In this document: in pieces, positions 14,085 to 26,788 of the stretch | Position numbering within the stretch: the stretch's first letter is position 1 | Layout of the letters: each line of letters begins with the position of its first letter | NCBI GenBank assembly: GCA_012295275.1 | Contig: CM022665.1 | Coordinates: 39,432,001-39,496,000, forward strand | DNA length: 64,000 nt | Source: Chrysomallon squamiferum | Lineage: Eukaryota; Animalia; Mollusca | Reading direction: 5' to 3' | Made by a program: the position numbers and the translations under genes | Notes under the pieces: model-generated | Told to the model about the DNA's origin: nothing | The model's database searches: none | Seen by the model: the letters and a program-made list of their open reading frames with translations, nothing else

Positions 14085-17000
14085 GAAAAGATAACCTTTT
14101 TATACTAATGATTTATATAGATATACTTATTTTGTCAGTACCTAATGCCGTTTTATTATCAAAAGTTCGCTCTCTTGGTTTTGGAATATCTTTGCAATGT
14201 AAGGGTTGTAGACTAGCAGTTTATAAAGGGTTTTTTTTTTTTTTTTTTTGTTGCTTTTTTTAAAAAAGAAAGTAATGAACATGACATTTAACAATAACCC
14301 ATTTGTAATTAAAACATAAAAACTGGAGTTAAATTAATTTTCCTTTTATTTGAAAGCATTTATCATTTATATATTATAGAAAAAATAAAATAAAATAGAA
14401 TATAAATTTAAAACTTCTAAAACATTAAAAGTATATATTCAGGTTTGTTGTTTTTTTCCCCTCCAATATTCCTATGAACATTTATGAACTCATTTTACAA
14501 TTTGTCAGTTCTATAAACTAAAAAATTAAAAAAACATTCAGGACATCATGTATTTTAATTTAAAAATAATAATTTAGCCTATAGTTTTTATGTTTAGATC
14601 ATCCAAACTGATTTCATGAATGTTTATGGGGTTTTGTTCATTTTATTTTATTTGATTATTTATTTATTTTCACATTTCTGTGATGAATCAATACTGCAAG
14701 TACACAAGAAGGAAGAAAAAAAAAAAACATTTCAGCCTGTATGATTTTTGTTTTTTTTGTTTTTATCATTAGAAAAAGTGGGTCTTAATCCTTAAAACAA
14801 TTTTCAGGAAATAAACAAAATCATTAATAACTTTAAAATGTATTAGTACAAGTATGATCAATTTAATACTAGTCTGTTTTGTTTCAATACACTGTTTTAG
14901 AGTGACAAGACTAGAAGCAAAATTTGTATATGACGTCAGATACCATTAAAAAAAAAAAAAAAAAAAATAAAAAAATGATTATGAGCTATTTTGCTCGATT
15001 CTGCACTGATGTTTCATTTCACCAGACGCAATGCACTGATTTCAACTTTGAAAAAAGAATGCTGTTCTTGAAGAATAACAGGCCACCCCCAGTTTTGTTA
15101 CTAGGATAAAGATGTTCTAATAAGCACACACACTCATGGCTGCTTTTTTTATATTCACAAAGATCTTATTTGAAAGAAAGGATGACACACATACAGATAT
15201 TCCCCCCCCAAAAAAAAAAAACCCACACAAGTCCTTCGTACAGTAGTCTGAATAGTAATTATGTCTATCATTAGAATTAAATGCTCTTCATGCTAATCCA
15301 CAGTTTACACATAAATTAGATGAACTGGGAAAGGAAATGCTTATAGAAAAAATTTGAAAACATTTTAAATTATGCAATTAATAGCTAAAATAATCTGACT
15401 TTAATAGACTTTAATGCATGTTGATTCGCAACAACAGGAACAGGAAATTAACTTGGCTGAGTTTAAAAAAAAAAAAATCTTTTGCCTTTTTATCAGTGAA
15501 CAAAGCAAATCATATGGAAATTTTAGCTGCAGAAAAACCTGTACTGGTTGTAACTTTTTGTGATTATAAAAAAAAACTGTCAATCAGATAAAAAAAATAT
15601 ATTAAAAAAACCCTTTTGAAAAATATGAATAGTATAAATACATTTTAACCACAGAAAAACTCAAATCCTGTATTTCTGATTAAAAAATTCAAACATGCAG
15701 CCACTTTAAAAAACAACAAAAAACAGGCAATCTTAAACAGGAAAAAAAAAAAAAAAAAAATAATAATTGAAAAATGAGTGAAAAAGAAGAAGAAAGAAAC
15801 CATAATTACTACTGTTACATTTTAACAATTATATCATACAATTCTAACACTGAAACCGATAGGGTTATTTTTTCTGTCTACTCAACAATACATATTGTAA
15901 TTTTGGTCACAAAAATCTTTAGCAGTGCTAATTTAAGCACCTTTTTTTATACCATGCTGTCAAGATGTAATTATTCAAATGTTCTTGAGAATTTTTTTTT
16001 ATGAAAAATAAACAGTAAAATATCATTCATTATTCCCCTGAGTATATGACACTATATTGTAATGTTTTCATAGATTATTATAATAGTGTCATGTTGTGTT
16101 GAATAAAGTTCCCATGGATTATACAGTATTTTATTATGATATTCCCAAAGAGTACACAAGAAAACATAATTGTTGAGTCCCATAGATTACACAGTTCTGT
16201 GTTGTATCCCCACAGATTATACGAGAAAACAAAACACTTAACTTTCAACTCCCCATGGATCACGAAGCACTGTATTCAAAAGTCCTGTTGTACTACAAGA
16301 AACAGGACATGAATAGATGATACTGGACTAACGCAACTAAAAGGACATAAACAGACAACATTGGACTAATACAACTAATAGGACATTGATATTCTAATGT
16401 TCATTAAAAGAAAGCCTATAAGGCACTTTCATTCCAAAGGTCCCATATGTTTTTTCTTTTTCTTTTTTTTTTAAAAATAATGCACAGACATTAGTTTTAA
16501 ATAAAAGAATAATACAATTATTTTAATAGCTTTACAGACTGTAAGAAAGCAGATAATCTATCTAATAAACTACGAGAAATCTGAAGTACTTCTCTGAAAC
16601 GTCAAGACTGCTAAGCTCTTCAAAAACATGACCATCACCTGATACTAGCATAGTTAAAGAAAATATCATAATGTTTGAACACATTCAGCGTTTGGTAACA
16701 GCAGAACAACAGATAATTGCTGGGTGCAACAGATATAGGTGAAAGAATAATTTCGTTTTTTTTTTTAAAAAGACACCTTTAAGATGACAAATACGTTTTG
16801 CTGTGCTAAGCAGAAACCAGCTGTTGTCAGGCGATGGGGTTACTCTCAGAGATAACAAAACTTGTCTGCAAAAAGCAGATTAGGTTACATTATTTTACAT
16901 TTCTGTTACATCCAGTGCATGACATCTGTTGCTGATGTGGTGAGTTTTGTTTGGTGATTTAATGTTAAAACAAACTGGTCAGAGCCTTCTAATCCTCAGA

Positions 17001-19199
17001 ATACTTGTAGAATTAATTATCTTGTGATTTCGTGTCTAACAAGTTTTCTCATCTTTGTAGTAATATCTGACTGTTTTTTAACAGTCAAAACTGGTGTATT
17101 AGTTTAAATGGAATAATAAGGCATTTTGCATCTTTTTTAATATGAAATTAATCTGACAAATCATTATAGAGATTAATTAATTTAAAATGTATTTGTTTTT
17201 GTGTTTTGATTTTCAGCTACGACATTTCACTGGTATTTTACATCAGAAATGTATATAGATAAAGAGATTTTAACATCCTCCTATCATTTTTATATCAAAT
17301 TAATCTGACAAAATCGTTATACACAGTTAATTAAAAACAATAACAATACACAAACATACCCAAAATATTAACATGCAAAACATAACAGTATATAGACCAA
17401 AACTGAATAATTCAACTGACAATATTAATTTTAGCAAACTGGACTTTAGCACCTAATATATATGGTTGTACCAACCCTTGTTAAAGATGTGATTTCAAGC
17501 ATTTCTACAATGATTCTTTACTTTGGTCTCTAAGATCATTAACTATCATGATTTGATACCATTAACAGAAAGGCAATAATACAAAGTTAAATCAGGGATA
17601 AAATCTTTCCCTTGACAGAAGTGGCAGATCTCTAGGGTATACATAACAATGTAACAGAAAGCATTCATAAATAACAAAAGTGAATAAGATAGTTAAAATG
17701 GATTTTACAGATAATCTGCTACATCTCATTAAAAGTTTAACTCTGGTCTCATCAAAGACTTTAAATATCCTTGAGATGATATTATAAACCCTTAATTAAA
17801 TCAGTTTAATTTCTTCATTAGAAACTTTAATACCACATTTATAAAGATCAGAAAATCTTATTTTACAGGATGTGGGTTGTTTGTTTTTTTACCTACAGAG
17901 ATGATGATGATGATGATAACAACATTAACAAAATAAATATATAAATTAAAAAAACATAAATGTTTGATTTTTTAAAAATCTCAGAAGTAACTTAATTTAA
18001 AGCTGTGAAAATGATTTAGATTTCCTCTAAAACAAAAATAAACTTGCAAAGAAAAATCATCCTTAAATTAATATTTCAGACAAAATAAAATTCAGCGCAA
18101 ATATTAATTCCAGATATATGGATTTAAAGTTAAATTTTAATAAATAAATTAAATTAAATTATCAAAATATTAACAGTGAAACCATTAATAATAAAAATGT
18201 TAAGAAGAGAAGCGGGTTTAAGGAATAAGCAGGACTTCTAGCATCTAAGGTATTTTTACAAAATAGGAAAATATATATTTTTTAAAAACACATAAATAAA
18301 TATAAACAAAACTGATAACAAGGAAAAGATTAATAATAGCAACATACATAATTTTTAAAAATAAATGGAGCATTGAGTATGATGGGGATTTCCTAAATTA
18401 AATACAAATAAATTAATGTATTTATGACAAATACTATACAATAACAGTTTAAGTATTAATATAACAGAAAAATTAAAATATTCAGATACATTATTTGAAT
18501 TAATTAAATTTTTTGGAAACATAAACTGTCTTTTTAAACATTTTTTTAGTTGTTTTGGGGTTCTTGTTGTTTTCTTTGGGTGGGGGTTTATAGTTTAGAC
18601 ATATAATTTAATTAATTCAGATAATAACATTTTTAAAACTATTATTATTTACTTAGTATAGTTAATGAATATGATCGATTTGCAGTGTTTTTAAATGAAC
18701 TCTGTAATCCAGTGTATGTAATAAATTTAACTAGTTAATTATCATTGCTTTCAAATATGTTACTAGTGCAAAAAAATTAGTGTGAATAACTTCATTTGTT
18801 TAAGTGCCAATAAATTTACATTACATTCTAGTTATATCCTATACTACACATTATGTCCTCTGTATTAATTAAAATTGTTTTAAAAATTTAAATTTAAATA
18901 TTAATATAATGCCCCATTTTATTTCTGATACTGAAATGTATAACTTTTCTGCAGAATTTAACATTTAAACCCTCCCCAAAAAAGAACAAACAAACAAAAA
19001 CATGATGTTTTACAGTTCCTAAGTTAGATTAATAATCAGTTATAAAAACAAAGGCAGGTACTTCAACTAACTATTTTTCATTAGGTAAATTAAATAAAAC
19101 TGCAGAGAACAATGCAAACATTTCTGCTATGAAAGAATACATAGATAATATTCATTATTATCTATCAAATAATTACACAGGCCTAGTGATACAATACAT

Positions 19200-20015
19200 T
19201 AAGAGATGGTTTTGCAGTACATTCTGTTTCTCAGAGAATTAGCTATATATTCCAAAACTGAGAGTTTTGCAATACACTGAGGATAATTTACAACAAATTC
19301 AGAGAATTTGCAATGTATTCCAGCAGCACATTAAAATAATGGTGAGAGTTTACAGTAAATTTAGATATTGAGACAGTTTGCAATTAATTCAGATATTGAA
19401 AGAATTTACAATTGATTCAGAGGCTTAAAGAATGTGTAACATCTCTGAAAACAGAGTTTGCAGCACATTACAATACGATGTGGGTTTGCAATACATTCCG
19501 ATAATGAAAGAATTTACAACTGATTGGGAGACTGAAACAATTTTCAGTATGTTCCAAAACAGAGTGTGTAATACATTAAGTGATACATTTAGCATAACAA
19601 TCATTCACTTGCAGCATTTGCATTAAATTCAGATATTGAAAGAATCTGCAATACATTTTAGAGATTGAAGGAATTTGCAATATATAATAGAGACAGAGAG
19701 AACTTGCAACATGCTCTGGAATTTTGGAACATATTAAGTCATGAAGTGTATAATGCATTAAAAGATTGTGTTTGCAATATATTAAAACACAAAGTGTATA
19801 ATACATTAAAACTTAAAACACAAAATGTATAATACATTAAAAGACAACATGTAAAATATGGTTTTTGCAACACATTCAGATATTTACAATAAATTCTGAA
19901 CTTGAGAGAATCTGCAATATTTTCCAAAATTGAAAGTTTCCAAGACATTAAATAGTGATTCAAAGACCGAAAGATTTTACAATATATTGCAAAACTGAGA
20001 GTTTGCAATACATTA
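19200..20015. repeat. Degenerate minisatellite, ~28-bp unit
   Basis: Recurring variants of TTTGCAATACATTCAGATATTGAAAGAA at ~28-bp spacing, clearest at 19377-19540. Confidence 0.82.
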
Positions 20016-20210
20016 AAAATATGTGTACATTTTTATAATTTAATTAAAAAAAGTTTAAACATAATAAAAGTAGTTTTAGTTTTAGTTTTTTTTTTTTTTT
20101 TTTTTTTTTTTTCAAAGTGTAACATTTGGTTTCTTTTATACCTGTGTTTGTATTGCATAAATTATTATAGGCAAACATAGATACATACATTTCCTCTTTA
20201 TTGGGCTTTC

Positions 20211-20325
20211 AATAATAATAATAACAACAACAATAACAATAACAATAACAATAACAATAATAATAATATTATTATTATTATTATTGTTGTTGTTGTTATT
20301 GTTATCATTATTATTATTATTGTTG

Positions 20326-20357
<32 letters not shown>
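20211..20357. repeat. Head-to-head compound microsatellite (AAT/AAC)n then (ATT/GTT)n
   Basis: Read directly; orientation switches at about 20267. Confidence 0.9.
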
Positions 20358-20703
20358 TCAAACATGTATTTTAGAGTGGTCTAAAAGTTGTAAATCTACC
20401 AACAAGTGTCGTCGATAATATCAATCAGCTGACTTAACGTGGCAAATAACGTTAAGTTGTCAGTGTTTTGCTTTCGAGTGTTTACATAGTTTACATATGA
20501 CCGAATTACATCATCCACATTAAAAAGTAAATATCTAAGTGTAACACTGGAGTTAACGTACTCAGTGTTATTTGTAGCCAAGCCGTGCTACATTAGACAT
20601 TTCAAACAACCACTGCTTGTTTATCGAATAGAGTTTCACAGCGCCTGACAATGCATAGCTTTGCACAGTCAGTGCACTGCGTTCTGAAACCGAAATCGCT
20701 TAC

Positions 20704-20773
20704 CATCTTTCAGCTCCAGGGTGACGGTGCTTGGTGCCGTTGAGGACGCACTTGCTGCTGCAGCATCCTCCAT
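20704..20773 (-). CDS. RPS6KA5: MSK kinase (RPS6KA5/RPS6KA4-like), coding exon 1
   Basis: ATG in strong context (acgATGg). Reads MEDAAAASASSTAPSTVTLELKD plus 1 nt, then donor GTAAGC. TVTLELKD|VNMTG parallels human MSK1 TVKHELRT-ANLTG. Phase 1 fits the next exon. Confidence 0.88.
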
Positions 20774-20859
20774 CGTAGCTGCTGCTGCAAAACGTCCACT
20801 GTTTGCAGAAAATTCAGATTTCTGTATATTAATGCAAACACTATTGCTCCCTTCCCAAG

Positions 20860-20940
20860 ATGCATACGGTTGCTCTGCTAACGGAAGTGCTGAGAGGACT
20901 TATTTTTAGTTACGAAACACGTGTGATTGTTTACATATAT
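20860..20940 (-). promoter_or_regulatory. Putative MSK proximal promoter
   Basis: ETS-like ACGGAAGTG (20881-20889), E-box CACGTG (20918-20923) and forkhead TGTTTAC (20928-20934) cluster 110-160 bp upstream of the ATG in CpG-rich sequence. The TSS is not known. Confidence 0.5.
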
Positions 20941-22402
20941 AATATTACCAGCCTTGTCGTGGTAGCGAAGTTGTAATTGTTGATATGGATATGTTGCTTG
21001 GGGACATTGTCACTGATTTAGGTTATATTATAATATTTGTACTTTAACGATTTTTTTTTTTGTAATTTTTTTTTTTTTCACATTTTATTTATGGAAGATA
21101 ACAGTTTTAGTCATGTTCAAAATGGTTCAATCTGCTATTCTTTAAAAGCCTGTCAGTAGTAGGGTATAATGAATACTTGTATAATCTATTGTTAAAACAT
21201 CAATGCATTTATTTTTTACAGTCTGAAATAAAATTTAAAAATAGAATAGGGTGTGTGTGTGTGTGTGTTTGTGTGTTAGCTTGCAACTAATGCTGATTCA
21301 CGTTTAATGCGTTTACATTTTTTTAATTGTTATTGTTATTATTATTATGTTTATGTTTATTTTATTTATTTATTATAGCTAATATATGTATATTATAGCT
21401 TATTTAATATATAAATATGTATATATAACTTTTTGTTACACTGTGCTTATCTTTTTACGAATCTATGGGAGGGTACATTCAAAGCAATACATGTTGCTAA
21501 ACGACAAGAATAATTACTTCATGAAACTGAGACAGCTGTTAGTCGTTTAGCTTTCATTATGCAGGAGAAAAATCGTTGTGAATCAATAAATCAACGTACT
21601 TTTGGTCATCACCTGCTTTCACAAGATAGCGTACACCATTAACGTATGATCTTTTTCTGATTCAGTTTGTCTTTATTTATTTATTTAAATAACAGTTAAC
21701 GTCATTTAATACAGAAACAAACTATAGTCATATCTCACGACAACAAAGAAGTAGAAGAAGAAAAAAAAACCCACACAGTACAAACCATATTTTAAGTTCA
21801 GCTGGTGCAAGGAAGTTTTCGCTTCGTTTTTTCTAGATACATCCGGAATTGTCATATGAATACAAATCCATCAGTTTGTCAACATTTCCATCGCTCGCTA
21901 TAAAATTCACTTTTCACAAATATATACAAATGTGAAACTTGGTGCAAAATCGGATGACACTTATGTCATGTCTCACATACTCGTTTTCGTTCGTGCGGAT
22001 TTAAAATGCTCGGTGGTTAAGATATTGCGTTGTTAAGATATATGTGTTTTACTCGTGTCGAGTTTTTTGATTCTTCTGACAGTTGCGCTGCGCGATTCAG
22101 GAAACATAAAGCAGACGTCCAGTGGTTTCAGAAACAGATTTCTTTCAAACTGAGTAGGAGCGACACCACCTCAAACAGCTTGGTTTCACCAGATGGTGTA
22201 AAACACTAACTTACTTATTTATTTATTTATTACTGTTACTGTACACTCCACTAATCTGCGACTTTCAGTTTCTGTTTCTGTTTCATTTATTTATTTATTT
22301 ATTTATTTATTATTTATTTATGTTTTTGGGGGTGTTTTTTTAATTAGTTTTTGATTGTTGTTTTTATGTACACAGCTAAAGTATGACTTACCTCTGTTTC
22401 TG

Positions 22403-22441
<39 letters not shown>

Positions 22442-23627
22442 ATTTAATTACATATTTATTTATATATTCTATTATTATTGTAGTTTTTGCTACTGTATTT
22501 ATTTATTAGTTTATTTTCTTCATCATCTTCTTATAATAATAATAATTATTATTATTATTAACTGTATTTTAATACAATATGTTGGTTTTGTTGCTGTAAG
22601 TTACCAATCGAGAACTTGGAGTATAAACATGTTGTCTATTTTTCGACTTCTGTGAAAATCAAAGTCACACTTTTTTTTTTTTTTTTCAAACGATCAATTG
22701 TGATAATTTCTTGGCTTTGTCGGATTTCAGGATCATCTTCGAGTATACGCTTTGTAAGCATGCACTATGCTCATTACCATTTTAACTGAAAACAAAATGG
22801 ACTATTTAGTATTTAAGCACTCGATAGTTTATGCATGTGTGTGTGTGTGTTTAATTAATATTAAAATAAATAAATAAATAAATATTCAAGAGGAAGCAGT
22901 AAACTGAAGACAGTTAAGTTCTGATACGTTTCATTAATTATTTTCTCAAATTTAAGAAGCAAAAATACAAAATAATGTTTACATAATAAATGTAATTACT
23001 GCTAGCAGGTAGGGTAGGGTCATAAGGGCATTAGGGTAACGCCCATTGAGACAAATTGGTAACAAATAAGCCACAGGGCTGGATACAAAAAACAACAACA
23101 CATAAACAAAACCCCACACACACACACACACAAAAAAACCCAAAAAACAAATAACAAAGAATAACAATCAAACTAAAACAGCTCGTAATATATTGATGAA
23201 TACAGTGAAATTTAGTCAATGAAGGATGTCCAGATGGCTGATTTAAAACTCTGACCGCTGCTGCATATTGCTGTATAATATGGGTTTTTTTTTTTTGGTT
23301 ATTAAATAAAATAAATAAATATTGAAGAACAGATCAATGCAGAATATATGAATTAAAATGTAAGTTTTATTATTTTTGTTGTTGTTTGTTAAATTTGTCG
23401 AAAACTTTTAAACCTCTATTTTATTCAACTGTATTTTGATATTGATAAAAATAAATAAATATATAAATGAATAATAATAATAATAATTATTATTATTATA
23501 TAAGCACCTGAAAAGTGAACTCAGTAAGTTCTATTTATTTAACAATAAATAACCTGTATGGCAAAATTTTTATTTTCGTTAAAACCGTTTATAATTTTGT
23601 ATTTGGTACAAATTATTACTATTATCT

Positions 23628-23664
<37 letters not shown>

Positions 23665-24644
23665 GAAAAAAATAGTGATGATGATGACAAATAAATAAAT
23701 AAAAAGGAAAGAGCTATTGTAGGATCCCAGAAAACGGATGATTGGAGTTATTGTAAAGAAAATATACTTTCAAAATGATACGAAATTCATTATAAAGAAA
23801 TAAAAATAAATTTGGATCTGGTTCCGCTTGCGATAATAAACAAATAAATAAATAAACAAACAAACAAACAAACAAATAAATAAATAAATAACTAATATTA
23901 AGAAACTGAAGACAAAAATAAACTGTAGTAACATTACAAGCTATTAATATTTAAATAATTAACCAAATCAACACTGGCTGAGAGTTTTAATTAACCGGTT
24001 ACAAATGTTACGATTTTTTTTTTCTTTCTCAATGTTACAATGTTTACGGTAAAATTATTACATGAAACTTTTAACTGCTGCAAACTGCTGGTAGATGTTT
24101 TAATTATCTTGCTTAACCTATCAGAAGAACCTAACAATTGCACACAGCTTAATTTACGCTCGGCTAATTAATTATATTTACAGCTAATTTAGTTTCGTTA
24201 CATAATGACTATATATACCTCACCAGAGATCCTGTATATATATAGAGAGAGAGAGAGGAAATAACTGATTACTGACTAAAGATAATTAATTTTGTCAGCT
24301 TTATCATACGAATGCTAGAATGACGAGGGCCTCACCTGAACTGGATAAAGCTGATATCTTAAAATTACTAATCAGTTATTTTTTTTTTTCCAATCCTATA
24401 TAATAAAAAAAAAAAAAAAATAAAAAAAAAAAATGAAATTAATTGTTCTATTTCTCAAATCAAGAGTACATTCACGTGTATTGAATTCGTTGTCGCCTAC
24501 AAAAACTATACATCAAAACAAAACACTACTTAAATTTATTTGTTACTTTTAAAATGTAAAACCGTATTCAGAACGGTCTTCAAAGATCTAAACCAGCAAT
24601 AAAACAAGTAACTGAACAGTATGTATGTATATATGTATGTATGC

Positions 24645-24675
<31 letters not shown>

Positions 24676-26695
24676 ACGAAGTAAAAATAGTTACGTACCA
24701 AAAATAATTTTTCTTTTTCTTTACGATTAATGAATGATTACTGAAAACGCTTACCGTAAAGTATCTAAGAAGCTTGAAGATGTTGGGCAATGGTTTTCGA
24801 ACTTATAATGGGGTCGCGATTTTATTTTAAATTATTATTAGTAGTAGTAATAGAAGTATTTGTATTAGTATTAGTATTGTTATCATTATCGTCATCGTCA
24901 TCATCATCATCTTTATTAGTTTTGCGTTATACTCTGCATACTAGTACTATGAAATTTCGGGTAATAATTATACCCATTATTTAATTTTTTAAATATTGAT
25001 GTGAAATGAAATTTTATTTTTAATTTTTTAATGTGTTACTTTGAATTTCTCATCGCCACTTTTCACTTGTACACCTTTACCATTATATCAGGAGTCGCAG
25101 TGCTCCCTGTCCAGGAGTCGAGCTAGCTAAAAGAATGTTGTAGTACCCCAAGTATTCAGATGGTTTGAAGGTAGATTTTAAAATTAGTTTCTGCAAACAA
25201 CCCAGTAATGTTTTAGGGCCGGTAGTATTCTCAAATTGTGGTTTCACTAATTTGCTGTAGGATTTGAAGGGATGGGGTTACAAAAACATATATTATATAT
25301 ATCAGTTATTAGTCCGTGGAGCAGTTTTGTTCAGGAGTCTCCCGGGAATAATATTAACTTAAATTATGCATTGCCCATTCAGATAGGAGCAAAAAGGCAA
25401 AGGAACAAAAGGAAATCAGGTCTGAAATAGGTGAGAATTGTACAGTTAGTTAAATTCCAATCTCCTGAGAAAGTCCTTGATTAGATTTCTAACAACGTGG
25501 TCCAAGTCAGTTCCACCATTGGATTTAACAAGAATGTTACAAGTCATGTCTAGACATAGTTATAAAAAACTGACGAATAAGTTATTGATTCTTGTACCTC
25601 AGGAAGTACGATCCATTCTTCCTTCTTGGAAGACTGGCAGTCTCCTGAGTCTAAACCTGACGGAAGTCCAACTGCAAGCGAATACAAATTTGCATCCTGA
25701 TTCCAAGATGTGTTGTTTTTTCTTGGCAGATCATGACTGGTACAACTACGAAACCAAACTGGGTGATATCGAGATGCTGTTACCACATTTACGACATGTA
25801 CTGGCTCGAACAAGACCGTAATGTTGCCTGACAAATGGACATTGGAGAATTTTTATAGACTAAGACCAGTACGTAAAAATGCCGGAATTAGCATGACAGA
25901 TATCATCCATGATGAGAAGGTCTACCCTCGACTCTGGACGCCGAATATCGTTGCTATTAAAACCGATCCTATTATGATTACCGATAACTTAATTGACGTT
26001 TTTTGCATGTAACAGTTTAATTACTTTAATTGTAAGAACGTCCAGTTCAAGTATCGAATTATGTACTGTTTATAATTTAAGTCGTATCCACTGTTTTATC
26101 TAATGTAAAGATCTGTCGTATATCACGACACCAGTCGTTTGTAATTCTGTAAAGGACTTTATAAAATCTAACATCAAATGCAATAAAATTACACTTTTTC
26201 ATGCGTTTGAACGGAGATCAGTTTGGTCTCTCGGTAAAGTGTGGACCTTGGGGATTCGGAGATCGAATGTCGGCCGCTCAAGCCAACAGGTCTCAATTTC
26301 TTAAATTAAAAAGAGTACAAATTTGCCAAGTGCTGTTAACAGAATGTTATGTTATTTGCAGTTCTTAAACCGATAAGCTAAACTTAACGTTTAACTCATG
26401 TTGTCAACGGAAGCTTAAGAGTTCGGGTTACGTTGCTTAAGACTTATTTTGCTTACTTAAGTTATTGCGGTGCAAATGCGATGTAAGGGCACACAACCAC
26501 GAGTATTCAGAAGGTTTGATGTACATTTTGTTAGGGTATCATCCTAGCAGCATTTCCAAAACATGGGATCACTAAGTGGCTACAGCGGCGATGTGAAAAG
26601 CGCGTGCGTGCGCTTGTGTGTCAAACACACGAATTTTGAAATTCACACACAGAAATAAGGAAGTTTCCTAGGAATGACAGTATTGACTTTCGCAG

Positions 26696-26788
26696 AAAAA
26701 TTACGGAATGACCATCTCTTTGGTGTAATTCAATATATGGATCTGAAATACTGAATTACACCAAAGAGATGGTCATTCCATAATTTTT
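26696..26788. repeat. Near-perfect inverted repeat: 37-bp arms, 19-nt spacer
   Basis: aaaaattacggaatgaccatctctttggtgtaattca (26696-26732) pairs with tgaattacaccaaagagatggtcattccataattttt (26752-26788) with one mismatch. Confidence 0.97.

Noticed and set aside
19200-20015. CRISPR-like reading of the 28-bp periodicity
   Set aside because: Units are contiguous and diverged with no unique spacers or cas genes, and the context is a eukaryotic intron.
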